From NCBI GenBank assembly GCA_913044165.1, contig CAJWMY010000003.1, positions 5,979 through 69,978 on the forward strand: a stretch of 64,000 bases of DNA, written 5' to 3'. The notes beneath the pieces are model-generated. The model had not been told where the DNA came from, did not search any database, and saw only the letters and a list, made by a program, of their open reading frames with translations. Shown here in pieces: positions 29,446-40,138 of this stretch (its first letter is position 1; each line of letters begins with the position of its first letter). Source of the DNA: an uncultured Puniceicoccaceae bacterium. Its GTDB lineage: Bacteria > Verrucomicrobiota > Verrucomicrobiia > Opitutales > Coraliomargaritaceae. The position numbers were made by a program, and so were the translations under genes.

Positions 29446-29754
29446 ATGGTTTTGATTGGCATTAATGAATTTATCTATGTAGCAAGTATATTGTTTTTAA
29501 TAGGGCTTTTGGGCGTTTTACTAAGGCGTAATACAATTGTTATTTTTATGTCTATTGAGTTGATGCTTAATGCTATAAATTTAGCTCTTGTAGCATTTTC
29601 TCGGTTTAATAATTCTATGGATGGGTCTATTTTTGTTTTTTTTATTATGACAGTAGCCGCGGCAGAAGTTGCACTTGGATTAGCTATTATAGTAATGTTA
29701 TATCGGCAAAGACAAACAATACTAGTCAATGAGCTTAAGCAATTAAATGGATAA
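29446..29754 (+). CDS. nuoK: NADH-quinone oxidoreductase subunit K
   Basis: 102 aa, three TM helices. 'GLLGVLLRRNTIVIFMSIELMLNAINL'. Confidence 0.92.
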   Translation: MVLIGINEFIYVASILFLIGLLGVLLRRNTIVIFMSIELMLNAINLALVAFSRFNNSMDGSIFVFFIMTVAAAEVALGLAIIVMLYRQRQTILVNELKQLNG

Positions 29755-31609
29755 TCAAATTATGGATCTCTTATTTAATCTATTGGGTATTCTTTTTCTA
29801 CCTTTTTTCTGTTCTTTAATCATTGTCTTTAGTGGCCAAATAAGAAACACAGTAGCTCCTTTTTTTTCTTTATTAAGTGGACTTGGTTCTTTGTTTTTAA
29901 CCTTTTTATTGATAAAAGAATTTTCTGAACCAATTAGATTTTCTTGGGACTGGATAGCTTTAGGAGTACACAAGTTTTATATTGGATTTTTTATAGATTC
30001 AGTTGGTTTAACCATGCTTGCAATGATTGCAATTGTTGCTTTTGCAATAACAATTTTTAGCATAGCATATATGTCAAAAGATGACTCTAAAGGCCGATTC
30101 TTTGCAGGCCTTAGTTTTTTTCTGTTTTCTATGATTGGGATTATTTTTGCGGATAATCTAATTATGATATTTCTGTTTTGGGAATTAGTGGGATTTAGCT
30201 CTTATCTTTTAATCGGACATTATTTTAGAAGAGATGACGCTAAAGATGCTTCTCAAAAAGCATTTATTGTTAATAGAGTGGGAGACTATGGGTTCTTGAT
30301 TGGGATTATTTTAACATATTGGCATTTTGGAACTACTAATTTAGAGGCTTTGGCTATACTAATAGGTGCAGACGTATCTCTTATTAGTTCTGGAATTGGC
30401 TTCTTTTTGATATGCGGGTTTATTGGTAAATCAGCTCAATTCCCTTTGCATGTTTGGTTGCCTGATGCAATGGCAGGTCCAACACCTGTATCAGCTTTAA
30501 TTCATGCCGCAACAATGGTTGCAGCTGGTATTTATTTGCTTATCAGAGTACAGTTTATGCTATCATTTGAAGTTATGTCCTTTATTTCATATTTAGGGAC
30601 ATTTGTTGCATTGTTTGCTGGATTCTGTGCCTTTGCGCAATCAGATATAAAGAGAGTTTTAGCTTATTCTACCTTGTCACAGCTTGGCTACATGTCTGCA
30701 ATATTTGGGTTAGGTTTTCCTGGGATAGCTTTATTTCATTTAATAACACATGCATTTTTTAAAGCTTTATTGTTTTTAGGTGCTGGTTCTGTGATTCATG
30801 CCTGCCATCATGAACAATGTATTTTTAAAATGGGAGGCTTATTGAAGCGGATGCCCATAACCTCTCTCACATTTATTATTGGAACACTTGCATTGTGTGG
30901 AGTATATGGCTTATCTGGGTTTTATTCTAAAGATGCTATCTTAATAGGTGCTCATGATGCAAATAATCTTGTATTTTATGGGTTAGTTTTTGCTGCTCTA
31001 TTAACCTCAGGATATATGGGTCGTTTGATTTGGATCGTATTTTTTGGATCGCCGAATTCACAAGCCGCTAAAAACGCTAAAGAAGTAAATATAATAATGT
31101 ATCTACCTTTAGTTGTGCTTAGTTTTTTTGCTATTTTCGTTGGTTTTACAAACCTATGGCCAGCACAGCTTGGGGCTACTATATTATTTGATTTGGATTA
31201 TCTTCATCACTTAGTAAATTATAAAGTTTTGCATAATAAAGTTTTAATACTCGGTTCGGGAGCATGGATTTTAGGTTTAACTATGGCATTTTTATTTTAT
31301 GGAAGGGGAACTAAATTTGACCAATTAGAAAAGCAATTACCTCATATATATAGCCTTTTAAAGAGGCGCCTTTGGGTTGACGAATTGTACGCTGTCTATT
31401 TGGATAAAGTACAAAAACCAATCGCTGAAAGCTTCTCTTTTCTTGATGAAATGGTATTACGTGGTTTTATTGTTCGAGGTTGCGCAGGTTTAATTGGTAT
31501 TATTGGTGCTAGCTTACGCCTTTTGCAGGTTGGCCGTCTTGATAATTATGTAATTTGGTTTTTTATTGGGTTGATTGCTTTTTGGTTATACGGACTTAAT
31601 ATGTTTTAG
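29747..31609 (+). CDS. nuoL: NADH-quinone oxidoreductase subunit L
   Basis: 620 aa antiporter-like subunit. 'FLFWELVGFSSYLLIG' and 'GKSAQFPLHVWLPDAMAGPTPVSALIHAATMV'. C-terminal lateral-helix region present. Confidence 0.93.
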   Translation: MDNQIMDLLFNLLGILFLPFFCSLIIVFSGQIRNTVAPFFSLLSGLGSLFLTFLLIKEFSEPIRFSWDWIALGVHKFYIGFFIDSVGLTMLAMIAIVAFAITIFSIAYMSKDDSKGRFFAGLSFFLFSMIGIIFADNLIMIFLFWELVGFSSYLLIGHYFRRDDAKDASQKAFIVNRVGDYGFLIGIILTYWHFGTTNLEALAILIGADVSLISSGIGFFLICGFIGKSAQFPLHVWLPDAMAGPTPVSALIHAATMVAAGIYLLIRVQFMLSFEVMSFISYLGTFVALFAGFCAFAQSDIKRVLAYSTLSQLGYMSAIFGLGFPGIALFHLITHAFFKALLFLGAGSVIHACHHEQCIFKMGGLLKRMPITSLTFIIGTLALCGVYGLSGFYSKDAILIGAHDANNLVFYGLVFAALLTSGYMGRLIWIVFFGSPNSQAAKNAKEVNIIMYLPLVVLSFFAIFVGFTNLWPAQLGATILFDLDYLHHLVNYKVLHNKVLILGSGAWILGLTMAFLFYGRGTKFDQLEKQLPHIYSLLKRRLWVDELYAVYLDKVQKPIAESFSFLDEMVLRGFIVRGCAGLIGIIGASLRLLQVGRLDNYVIWFFIGLIAFWLYGLNMF

Positions 31610-31625
31610 TAAAATATTTTGTAAT

Positions 31626-33197
31626 ATGATTTATCCCTATTTATTATTAAGTAGTATCATAATTCCTTTCTCAGTTGGGGTGCTTTTTCTTATCCTAGTT
31701 AAGGATATGGAAGCTTTATTAGCTCGCTTTTTAGGAATATTCGGCGCGAGCTTTCCATTTATTTGTGCTTGGGTGATTTATTTTAATTATGATACGAATA
31801 ACTTAGATGCATATAATTTTGAATTAATCCTACCAACAGGATTAGAGTCGCTAGGAATTTATTTACACCTTGGTTTAAATGGGTTGTCACTACCTTTATT
31901 GCTTTTAGCTACAACGGTTGGCTTATCGGCTATTATCTATACTTTATTTTCAAAGGCTATTGGTAATAACATTTATGTTGGCTTACTTTTCATAATGTTT
32001 AGCGGACTGATAGGGACTTTTTCGTCCGTTGATCTATTTTTCTTCTACTTTTTTCATGAATTAGCCCTCATCCCTACATTTATCATTGTGATGCTATGGG
32101 GTGGTGTAGATCGTCATGCTATTGCTTTAGAAATGACGATCTACCTAACAATTGGAGCTTTATTGTCTTTAATAGGATTGATTTCCCTCTACCAAACTAG
32201 TGGTGCAGAGGCTTTTAATATGATAGAGCTCAAAATGGCACTTGCTAGTCAGCCACTTTCTGAGCTTTTTCAAACTAATATATTTGCGCTATTATTTTTT
32301 GGTTTTGGTATTTTGGTATCTCTATTCCCTTTTCATTCTTGGGCTCCAAAAGGATATTACGCTGCGCCAACTGGAGTAGCAATGATGCATGCAGGGGTTC
32401 TTAAAAAGTTTGGGCTATATGGATTGTTGCAAATTGCAATACCACTACTTCCATTAGGGGCTTCAAATTGGGCGAGTTGGTTACTTGTATTAGGTTTATG
32501 TAATATTCTCCTTATTGGTCTGGTTACGCTAGCCCAAAAAGATTTAAAAAAAATGGTTGGATATAGTTCAATTATGCACATGGGATATGCCTTTATTGGC
32601 CTAGGCACTCTTTCAATTCTAGGTTCGGGTGGAGTTCTTATTTTATTGGTAGCTCATGGTTTATCAGTCGCTCTTCTCTTTTTGTTGAGTACTTGTATCT
32701 ATCATAGGTTTAAGACTTTTAATATGGAAAAAATGGGAGGGCTTGGCGTTATAGCCCCTAATTTATCTGTATTATTTGGGCTTTCAATTTTAGCTAGTAT
32801 TGGCTTGCCTGGCTTTGCTAACTTTTGGGGCGAATTCGTTATTTTTACCGCACTAGCTGAATCTGATCTAACTCAAGGATTCCTCTATTTAGCAGTTATA
32901 GGGATTATTATTTCAGCTATTTATGGACTGAAGGCTATTGCATTAATTGTATTTGGTGTGCCTTCAGAAGTACTTAAGGAAAAATTTCATAATGGATCAT
33001 TACGCGATATGTCATATCTTGAAATTTTTTGTTCCATTATCTTATTTGCATCCCTGCTTCTATATGGTATTTTCCCAAAGGTTTTAAGTGATCCTATAAA
33101 TGAATCTTTGAGCAAATATAATGCTTTTATATCAACCTCGGTTGAATCACGATTGTTGAATAATTTAAATCTAAAGCTAGATACTTATAATGAGTGA
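31626..33197 (+). CDS. nuoM: NADH-quinone oxidoreductase subunit M
   Basis: Antiporter-like subunit. 'FFYFFHELALIPTF' and 'FHSWAPKGYYAAPTGVAMMHAGVLKKFGLYG'. I prefer the ATG at 31626 (MIYPYLLL...), because the track start at 31575 overlaps nuoL. Confidence 0.9.
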   Translation: MIYPYLLLSSIIIPFSVGVLFLILVKDMEALLARFLGIFGASFPFICAWVIYFNYDTNNLDAYNFELILPTGLESLGIYLHLGLNGLSLPLLLLATTVGLSAIIYTLFSKAIGNNIYVGLLFIMFSGLIGTFSSVDLFFFYFFHELALIPTFIIVMLWGGVDRHAIALEMTIYLTIGALLSLIGLISLYQTSGAEAFNMIELKMALASQPLSELFQTNIFALLFFGFGILVSLFPFHSWAPKGYYAAPTGVAMMHAGVLKKFGLYGLLQIAIPLLPLGASNWASWLLVLGLCNILLIGLVTLAQKDLKKMVGYSSIMHMGYAFIGLGTLSILGSGGVLILLVAHGLSVALLFLLSTCIYHRFKTFNMEKMGGLGVIAPNLSVLFGLSILASIGLPGFANFWGEFVIFTALAESDLTQGFLYLAVIGIIISAIYGLKAIALIVFGVPSEVLKEKFHNGSLRDMSYLEIFCSIILFASLLLYGIFPKVLSDPINESLSKYNAFISTSVESRLLNNLNLKLDTYNE

Positions 33198-34719
33198 TTC
33201 TTCGATAAAGATACTTAGAGAAATTAGTCTAACTAATGATTGGTTTATTTTGCTCCCAGAGTTGGTATTGGCGCTGATTGCTTTCCTAATTTTAGGAATA
33301 GATCTTTTTACAAATAGCTCTAACAAGAGAGGAAAATTTCCAAATGCTAGAGAATGGATAACCCCAATTTCTCTAATTGGACAATGCTTGGTGCTTTTTT
33401 CATTAATCTTTTTTGGGGATTATTTTTTTAATCCAAATGCTGTTTTATTTTCCGGATTAATTGAACAAAGCGAAAGTACTCAATATATGCGGTATTTTTT
33501 CATATTTTCCTCTTTGGGGGTTACTTTTTTAGCAGCGCAGTTCTTTAATAATAAGAAAATACCAAAGCCTGAGTATTTCCATATTGTACTTATAGCGAGT
33601 GCAGGATTTATGCTTTTAATTCAATCAGCTCATTTCATAGCATTTTTTGTTAATTTAGAACTAGTTACAATAGCTTTTTATGTTCTAGTTGGTTTTGAAA
33701 GAACAAATAGCCTATCTCTTGAAGCAAGCTTGAAGTACCTTATTTTAGGAGGATTAAGCTCAGCTATTTTATTATTTGGGATTGTCCTACTCTATGGTAT
33801 CGCAGGAAATCCGGAGATGAATTCTTTTACTCAAGATGGATTTAGTTTCAGTGCTTTAGAATCATTTATTACATTGAATGCAGGAAATCCTATTGTATGT
33901 TTGGGTGCATTATTAGTGATTGCTGGAATAGCTTTTAAGGTTGGATTAGTTCCATTTCAGATATGGGTTCCAGATGTATATCAAGGTGCTCCTTTTCCAA
34001 CTACAGCTTTCCTTGCAATTGCATCAAAATCAGCAGGTATATTTGTCTTATTGCAGTTGATTCAAGGACCATTCATTGCACTTGTTGATTTTTTAATTCC
34101 AATCTTATCCGTACTATGTGCAGTTACTATTTTATATGGCAACATAGCTGCTTGTGGCCAAGTAGCTATTAAAAAGCTCATAGGATTGTCCGGGATTTCT
34201 CATGCGGGTTATTTATTACTTGGAATTATATCTATTAGTTTTGTACCAGAGGCAATCAATGCACTTTTATTTTATATTTCAGTATATATGCTAAGTTCTT
34301 TTTTGGTCTTTGGTTCTAGTATATTCATGGATACTAAAGAAGATAGTTTCTTAGAGATAAAGGATTTTCAGGGGCTCATCAAAAATAATCCGCTTCTAGG
34401 AGTTGCAGGATTAATAGGGTTAGGCTCTTTAGCAGGAGTTCCTCCATTGGGCGGATTTATTGCTAAGACACTGATTCTTATTGCCGCATTTCAAGCAAAT
34501 TTATATAGCTTAATAGTATTTGCTTTGTTAGGCATTGTAATTTCTATTTATTATTATTTCAGCTGGATACGTTCTATACTATTTATTCAAAAAAATGATA
34601 GTATAATATTAAATTACTCAAGTTCAGTATCTCTCGCGCAAAGATTTTTTCTTTGGTTTTTGATATTAAGTGTATTATTAATAGGAGTTTTCCCAAAATT
34701 ACTCACTCAGTTTATTTAG
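33190..34719 (+). CDS. nuoN: NADH-quinone oxidoreductase subunit N
   Basis: 509 aa antiporter-like subunit. 'FKVGLVPFQIWVPDVYQGAPFPTTAFLAIASK'. Overlaps nuoM by 8 nt. Confidence 0.9.
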   Translation: MSDSSIKILREISLTNDWFILLPELVLALIAFLILGIDLFTNSSNKRGKFPNAREWITPISLIGQCLVLFSLIFFGDYFFNPNAVLFSGLIEQSESTQYMRYFFIFSSLGVTFLAAQFFNNKKIPKPEYFHIVLIASAGFMLLIQSAHFIAFFVNLELVTIAFYVLVGFERTNSLSLEASLKYLILGGLSSAILLFGIVLLYGIAGNPEMNSFTQDGFSFSALESFITLNAGNPIVCLGALLVIAGIAFKVGLVPFQIWVPDVYQGAPFPTTAFLAIASKSAGIFVLLQLIQGPFIALVDFLIPILSVLCAVTILYGNIAACGQVAIKKLIGLSGISHAGYLLLGIISISFVPEAINALLFYISVYMLSSFLVFGSSIFMDTKEDSFLEIKDFQGLIKNNPLLGVAGLIGLGSLAGVPPLGGFIAKTLILIAAFQANLYSLIVFALLGIVISIYYYFSWIRSILFIQKNDSIILNYSSSVSLAQRFFLWFLILSVLLIGVFPKLLTQFI

Positions 34720-36351
34720 TTTGGCTCTAATATTCCTAGCTTCTCTGTACAAACCCTGAAGTTCAAAATGACTAGCAGCTTCATTTAAAATTTCAACTTG
34801 AGAGAAATTTTGATCAAGAGTTACTAATTTATAGATTTTTGAGGCATTGTTAAATTGACGGTCCTCTACGTATAATCGTGCCAGCTGAATATTCTTGTTA
34901 TTGTCTTGTGAATCTTTTTCAAGAATCTGTTCTAGAATATAGATATGATTATCAAGTGAATATTTACCATAGCCGTTTTCAAATAAGTAGTCGCTTATTG
35001 CTTTTTTGGGGATAACAGAATCAGTCCATTTTGCATCTAAGTATTCCCATAATTTCAGTGAGTTATTTATTTTGAAGCTTTTATTTATACTAAATCCTGT
35101 GGTAATTAGCAGTGCTAAACCTATCAGGGAAAACCAAAGTATTCTAATTTTTGGAATTTTATGAACCACTAATGCATTTAATGAACTCGAAATTAATGCA
35201 ACGGAAGGTATGATGGCAATATAGATCATTGACTCATCTAAGCAAGGTGTGCCATCCAAGAAATAGCTAAATTGGCATGAGGCATTGAGAATTAATGCAA
35301 ATAACAATGTAATCCCCATAATCAGCAACCTCGCCCAAATACTCCTTATTAAAAATAATAATAAAAAAAGTAGAGCCATCATTAATATAATAGGCATGAA
35401 CTTTAATACATTGTTTTTAACAAATTCATCTATAGGTATAAAAAATGCTGTTCCAAAAGGTAAATAAAGGAGCTTTAAATAAGCGTTGAACTGCTCCACT
35501 AATTTTGGGCTTTCATTTTCAAGCATTATTCCCGATGGACTCAGCTGCTGAATGGCAGTATTTTCAAATACCTCTGCAAAGATACTGAGAATAAAAACAA
35601 CGATAATAAAAGGAATTATTTTATTAAATTTTTCCAATTTAAATTCTTTATTTTTGGTAAATGTGTTTAAAAAGAGAGTTATTGGAATCAAAAGTGCAAT
35701 AGGATGAATTAAGCTAGTAATTGCAGAAAGATATAATCCTTTCTTAAATGACCGCTTATTTTTTCTCTCAAGCGCCAAGTACAGACTTAATAGAATTAGG
35801 CATAATATTATAATAATGTCCCTAAATCCAGGCCAAAAAAGTGTTTGTATAGCTACGGGGTGTACGGCAAAAAAAAGAGTAGTGATAAGCGCACCAGAAA
35901 TATGCATCCGATTCAGTAGTCTATAAAGTAATATAGAAGCCAAAGCATGTAATATGAGGTTGATTGCTCTGTGTGTGAATGCGCTGTTTAGCGGAATCAA
36001 AGTTTCAGCGAAATATGTGGTTAATGCTAAGGGGTTTTCATTCCAGAAAATCGAGGGGTTGAAAATAGATATCAGGGAAGGTAATTCCGTGAAGAAGGAG
36101 CGATTGATTGAATCATAATCAGTCCATAAAACTTCATTTTGAAGAATGGGAAAAAATGCTATGAAAATAGGTAGTACAATGAAGAAATAATTAATTGCTT
36201 TGATTTTACGAGATCTTCTATTCTCCCAATGTTTCCAAATTTTATTACTAGCTTGTTTGTTAAGTAGTTTTTCTTTTCTGCGTAAATTTATTAAAGTACC
36301 TAATCGAGGTTTTTTATTTAATTTTTGTGATTCATTTTTTTCTAACTTCAT
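34699..36351 (-). CDS. polytopic GT-C-type (PMT/TMTC-like) membrane protein with a C-terminal TPR-like domain
   Basis: 550 aa with about 10 TM helices. 'FTHRAINLILHALASILLYRLL...FFAVHPVAIQTLFWPGFRD' resembles bacterial TMTC/DUF1736-type putative glycosyltransferases. The soluble helical C-terminus is 'QLARLYVEDRQFNNASKIYK'. The call rests on motifs only. Confidence 0.55.
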   Translation of the reverse strand: MKLEKNESQKLNKKPRLGTLINLRRKEKLLNKQASNKIWKHWENRRSRKIKAINYFFIVLPIFIAFFPILQNEVLWTDYDSINRSFFTELPSLISIFNPSIFWNENPLALTTYFAETLIPLNSAFTHRAINLILHALASILLYRLLNRMHISGALITTLFFAVHPVAIQTLFWPGFRDIIIILCLILLSLYLALERKNKRSFKKGLYLSAITSLIHPIALLIPITLFLNTFTKNKEFKLEKFNKIIPFIIVVFILSIFAEVFENTAIQQLSPSGIMLENESPKLVEQFNAYLKLLYLPFGTAFFIPIDEFVKNNVLKFMPIILMMALLFLLLFLIRSIWARLLIMGITLLFALILNASCQFSYFLDGTPCLDESMIYIAIIPSVALISSSLNALVVHKIPKIRILWFSLIGLALLITTGFSINKSFKINNSLKLWEYLDAKWTDSVIPKKAISDYLFENGYGKYSLDNHIYILEQILEKDSQDNNKNIQLARLYVEDRQFNNASKIYKLVTLDQNFSQVEILNEAASHFELQGLYREARNIRAKLNKLSE

Positions 36352-36366
36352 AACATTAATGAGTAA

Positions 36367-36861
36367 TTATCTCGGACTGCTTTTGGTTCTCAGTTCTATA
36401 TATTTTTCTATTTTATCAATATTTATTGAGTTGCCAGTTTTTATATTATTGTTTTTAAACCAACCTTTATTCATCTCTAAAACATATTTTATATTTTTGC
36501 TTTGAGAAAATAAAGGAGTTTCATCATGTGGATATAGGTGGTAGTATTCAATTAAGATTCCAGATGCATCAAAATAGCCTACATCTAATGGAATGGAGAC
36601 ATTTTTCATCCAAAATGATACTTGTTGAGGGTTCTTAAATATAAATAACATGCCATGATTGTCTCTTAGTCTTTTTCTAAACATGAGACCACTACTTAAT
36701 TCTTGGGGGGTTATAGCAATTTGAGCATAAAAAATAGTCTCTTTTAATGAAATTGGAAAATAGTAATTAAAGTCAAAATTCTTTTTTTGGTCACTTCTGT
36801 AACAACCAGATAAAGAAAAGAGAAAAAATATTAAGAAGATATAGTAAAACTTAGTTTTCAT
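36367..36861 (-). CDS. DUF192 family exported protein
   Basis: 164 aa. Lipoprotein-like signal 'FLFSLSGC'. 'SGLMFRKRLRDNHGMLFIF' and 'FWMKNVSIPLDVGYFDASG' are DUF192 signatures. Confidence 0.8.
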   Translation of the reverse strand: MKTKFYYIFLIFFLFSLSGCYRSDQKKNFDFNYYFPISLKETIFYAQIAITPQELSSGLMFRKRLRDNHGMLFIFKNPQQVSFWMKNVSIPLDVGYFDASGILIEYYHLYPHDETPLFSQSKNIKYVLEMNKGWFKNNNIKTGNSINIDKIEKYIELRTKSSPR

Positions 36862-36946
36862 ATCTATATTAAAATAAGGTTGGCGATTTTGGATCCAGCA
36901 ACTACTTTATTAAAGTAATTAACTATATAAAATAATTTGAGGCTGT

Positions 36947-38083
36947 ATGAAATTAAAGTGTCTTTTTGCTTCTAGTAAGCATGATTCTAATGCGTTTTAT
37001 CTATCTGGTATTTCTGTCCCAGATCCATATATCTCAATAGTTGCAGGTAAAGAAAAAATTGCTGTCGTTAGTTGTTTGGAATATTCTAGAGTTTTGAAAT
37101 ATTCTAATTATTCAAGAGTTTATGAAATTGGTGCACTAACTAATAACATTAGCAAAAAAGAAAATATTTCGCAATTAGAATTTAATAATGCATTTATAAT
37201 AAAGCATTTCTTTAAAAAATATAAGGCACAAAGCGTTTTAATACCAAGAAATTTTCCCTCTTTTCTATTAGTTCAATTACAGGATTTGGGAATCCCTGTT
37301 TGTATAGAAATGACTTCAATTTTTAAGGAGAGAGAGCAAAAGACTGAAAGCGAATTGAAATTAATTAGAAAAGCTAACCAAGCAAGTGCTTACGGGTTAT
37401 CAATTGCACAATCTGCATTGCGCTATTCAAAAATAAAATCGGGATATTTGTATTTAGATGGAAGCCAGCTTACCTCGGAACGACTACGGAATATGATTGA
37501 AATAGGGTTAATGGAAAAAGGTGCTTTCGCTGAAGAAACAATAGTTGCTGGTGGGATTCAAGCGACAGATCCGCATCAGATTGGATACGGCCCATTAAGA
37601 TCAAACGAGTTAATAATTGTAGACATTTTTCCTCGTCTTAAGTTGTATGGATATCATGGAGATATGACGCGTACTTTTTTAAAAGGTAGAGCAAACACTT
37701 TTCAAAAGAAATTAGTTCAGTGTGTTCGAATGGCTCAAAAATTTGCTATTTCAAAGGTTAAAGTTAATGTTTCAGGTCAATCAGTGCATAGATCGGTTCA
37801 CAACTATTTTAAAGCTGCTGGTTATAATACAGAAGAACGGCCAGAGTCTAATAGCTTTGTCGGCTTTATCCATTCTACAGGTCATGGGTTAGGTTTAGAT
37901 GTTCATGAGCCTCCTTCTATAGGCATATCAAAAAATTGCCTAAAACTAAATCATGTTATAACTATAGAGCCAGGGTTGTATTACCCAGAAATAGGGGGAT
38001 GTAGGATAGAAGATGTATTTTTAGTTGAAGACCATGGGGTAAAAAAACTTTCAAAATTTAATTATCAATGGGAATTACCCTGA
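36947..38083 (+). CDS. M24 family metallopeptidase (Xaa-Pro aminopeptidase/dipeptidase-like)
   Basis: 378 aa. 'VDIFPRLKLYGYHGDMTRTF', 'HSTGHGLGLDVHEPP' and 'TIEPGLYYPEIGGCRIED' supply the metal ligands. Confidence 0.88.
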   Translation: MKLKCLFASSKHDSNAFYLSGISVPDPYISIVAGKEKIAVVSCLEYSRVLKYSNYSRVYEIGALTNNISKKENISQLEFNNAFIIKHFFKKYKAQSVLIPRNFPSFLLVQLQDLGIPVCIEMTSIFKEREQKTESELKLIRKANQASAYGLSIAQSALRYSKIKSGYLYLDGSQLTSERLRNMIEIGLMEKGAFAEETIVAGGIQATDPHQIGYGPLRSNELIIVDIFPRLKLYGYHGDMTRTFLKGRANTFQKKLVQCVRMAQKFAISKVKVNVSGQSVHRSVHNYFKAAGYNTEERPESNSFVGFIHSTGHGLGLDVHEPPSIGISKNCLKLNHVITIEPGLYYPEIGGCRIEDVFLVEDHGVKKLSKFNYQWELP

Positions 38084-38094
38084 GGCATTTATGG

Positions 38095-39894
38095 TTACAT
38101 TTTTTCTATTGTATTGATGCCCAATAATTTTAGCCCTAGCTTTAAAATTAATTGTGTTCTGTGGCATAAAGTAAGACGCCGGAGTTGCGTTTCTGCATTT
38201 TCGTGAATAATTTTATCGTTACTGTAATATGTATTAAAAATTCCAGATAGCTCGAATAAATAGGTACACAAAAAATGTGGTCTTAAGTCAGAAAGGCTTT
38301 GTTCTAAAGCAAAAGAAAATTGGATTAATTTTCTTACTAGTAATCGCTCATGCTTTGTTTCCAATTCTGATAATTTAGAAAAATCTTGTATGGTTTTATT
38401 GAGATTACTTTTTTTAAAAATACTATTAATTCGAGCAAAAACATATAATAGATATGGTGCTGTATTGCCTTCAAAACTTAGCATTCGATCCCATTCAAAA
38501 ACATAATCTAGAGTTCGATTTGAAGATAAATCTGCATATTTAATAGCCCCAATTCCTATTGCCTTAGCAATAGAATCTTTTTCATTTTCGGAAAGCTGAG
38601 GGTTTTTTTGGCTTACAACTTCTTTAGCTCTTATAATTGCTTCATCTATTATGGACTGTAATTTAATAGACCCTCCAGATTTTGTTTTAATTGGTTTATT
38701 GGTACTGCCTAATATAGTTCCCCACCAAACATGCTTAAAATTGGGTTTTGGATAATTTTTTGCTTGTATCCATTTGTTAGCAGTCAGAAATAGCTGCTCA
38801 AAATGGTCCTTTTGCCTTGCATCTGTAAGGTAGATTATTTCCTCTGCTCGAAAATGTTCAATTCGATAAATTAAAGTTGCTAGGTCGGTAGAAGCATAAT
38901 TGGAAGCTCCATCTTTTTTCCTTATATTAAAAGGGAAGGGCCTAGGATTATTTTTAGCAAATTTTTTAGTCTCGTTATGCCAAACTACCAATGCCCCTTC
39001 GCTTTCCTCTGCAATTTTCAAATCAGATAATTCATCGTAAACTCGTTGCACTTTATCCTTATAAAAAGATTCGCCGAGGGTAACGTCAATTCGCACACCT
39101 AATTGTTCAAAAAGTTCCTCAAAGGCCTGGTTTGAGATAGTAATAATATTTTCCCATATCTGAGTATTCTCCAAGTCTCCATTTTGTAATTTCACTAATT
39201 CATTGCGTGAGGTATCTCTTAATTCTGGGGTTAATTTTTCAATCAAACTTGCCTTTTTATATAAGCGATCAATTTCTTCTAGGGCTTCACTAGGAGTACC
39301 AATCGATTTTAAATCGATTAACTCTTTTTTAATTATCATTATAAGGGTGCCGAAATTTGTGCCCCAATCACCAATATGATTGTCTCTTATAACTTTTGCA
39401 CCTGCAAATTCAATAATTCGGGCTATAGACTCTCCAATGACCATAGGTCGAAGGTGGCCTATATGTGCTTGCTTTGCTGTATTTGCACTAGGGAAATCTA
39501 CTATGATTGTTTTCTTATCATAATATTTAGAAATATCTTTTGTAATCGCATCAATAGAATTGAAAGACTGGATCCATTTAATTAGAAAATCTTCTTTTAA
39601 GGAGAAATTAATAAAACCTGGTGCAGCTACAGACATCCTAAAATATTTAGTGCCAAGATATTCCTCATCTGATAATTTTTGACTTATATCATTTGCTAAT
39701 TCAATGGCGTTTAAATTTTTACTTTTAGCTAGTGCTAATACTCCATTAGCTTGAAAATCTCCGAACTTTGGATCAGAGAGTCTAATAATAGGGTCTATTT
39801 TTTCGCCAAAGTAATTTTTTAATTTGGGGTCATTTTTGAATAATCGAAAAATTGCAGACTCAACTGTTTTAATTGGATTTAATTTTAAATTCAT
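38095..39894 (-). CDS. argS: arginine--tRNA ligase
   Basis: HIGH-type 'ANTAKQAHIGHLR', an anticodon-binding C-terminus and a terminal Met. I prefer the ATG at 39894 (MNLKLNPIK...) over the track start at 39975. Confidence 0.93.
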   Translation of the reverse strand: MNLKLNPIKTVESAIFRLFKNDPKLKNYFGEKIDPIIRLSDPKFGDFQANGVLALAKSKNLNAIELANDISQKLSDEEYLGTKYFRMSVAAPGFINFSLKEDFLIKWIQSFNSIDAITKDISKYYDKKTIIVDFPSANTAKQAHIGHLRPMVIGESIARIIEFAGAKVIRDNHIGDWGTNFGTLIMIIKKELIDLKSIGTPSEALEEIDRLYKKASLIEKLTPELRDTSRNELVKLQNGDLENTQIWENIITISNQAFEELFEQLGVRIDVTLGESFYKDKVQRVYDELSDLKIAEESEGALVVWHNETKKFAKNNPRPFPFNIRKKDGASNYASTDLATLIYRIEHFRAEEIIYLTDARQKDHFEQLFLTANKWIQAKNYPKPNFKHVWWGTILGSTNKPIKTKSGGSIKLQSIIDEAIIRAKEVVSQKNPQLSENEKDSIAKAIGIGAIKYADLSSNRTLDYVFEWDRMLSFEGNTAPYLLYVFARINSIFKKSNLNKTIQDFSKLSELETKHERLLVRKLIQFSFALEQSLSDLRPHFLCTYLFELSGIFNTYYSNDKIIHENAETQLRRLTLCHRTQLILKLGLKLLGINTIEKM

Positions 39895-40138
39895 GTTCTT
39901 GAAGCCTAAAATGATGGATTTGAATTTGTATATAAAATAAATAAGACTTCCATTATTGTACAAGAAGCAAATCATTCTAAGTGAAAAATTAGCTTGACAT
40001 TTTTACGCAAAAGTCTACCGGTAAGAGGTTTATGTAATAAACAAAGCACCACAAGCTAATATTGTAATTTCATAATCCAGCTTCAGACGTTTCTCTTTTC
40101 AGGTACATCATTAATTTACTTTATCTTTTAATATAAAA

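Noticed and set aside
39994-39999. TTGACA hexamer in the argS/deoA divergent gap, considered as a -35 box.
   Set aside because: No acceptable -10 hexamer lies at a 16-18 nt spacing (the sequence there is ACCGGT), so it is not reported as a promoter.
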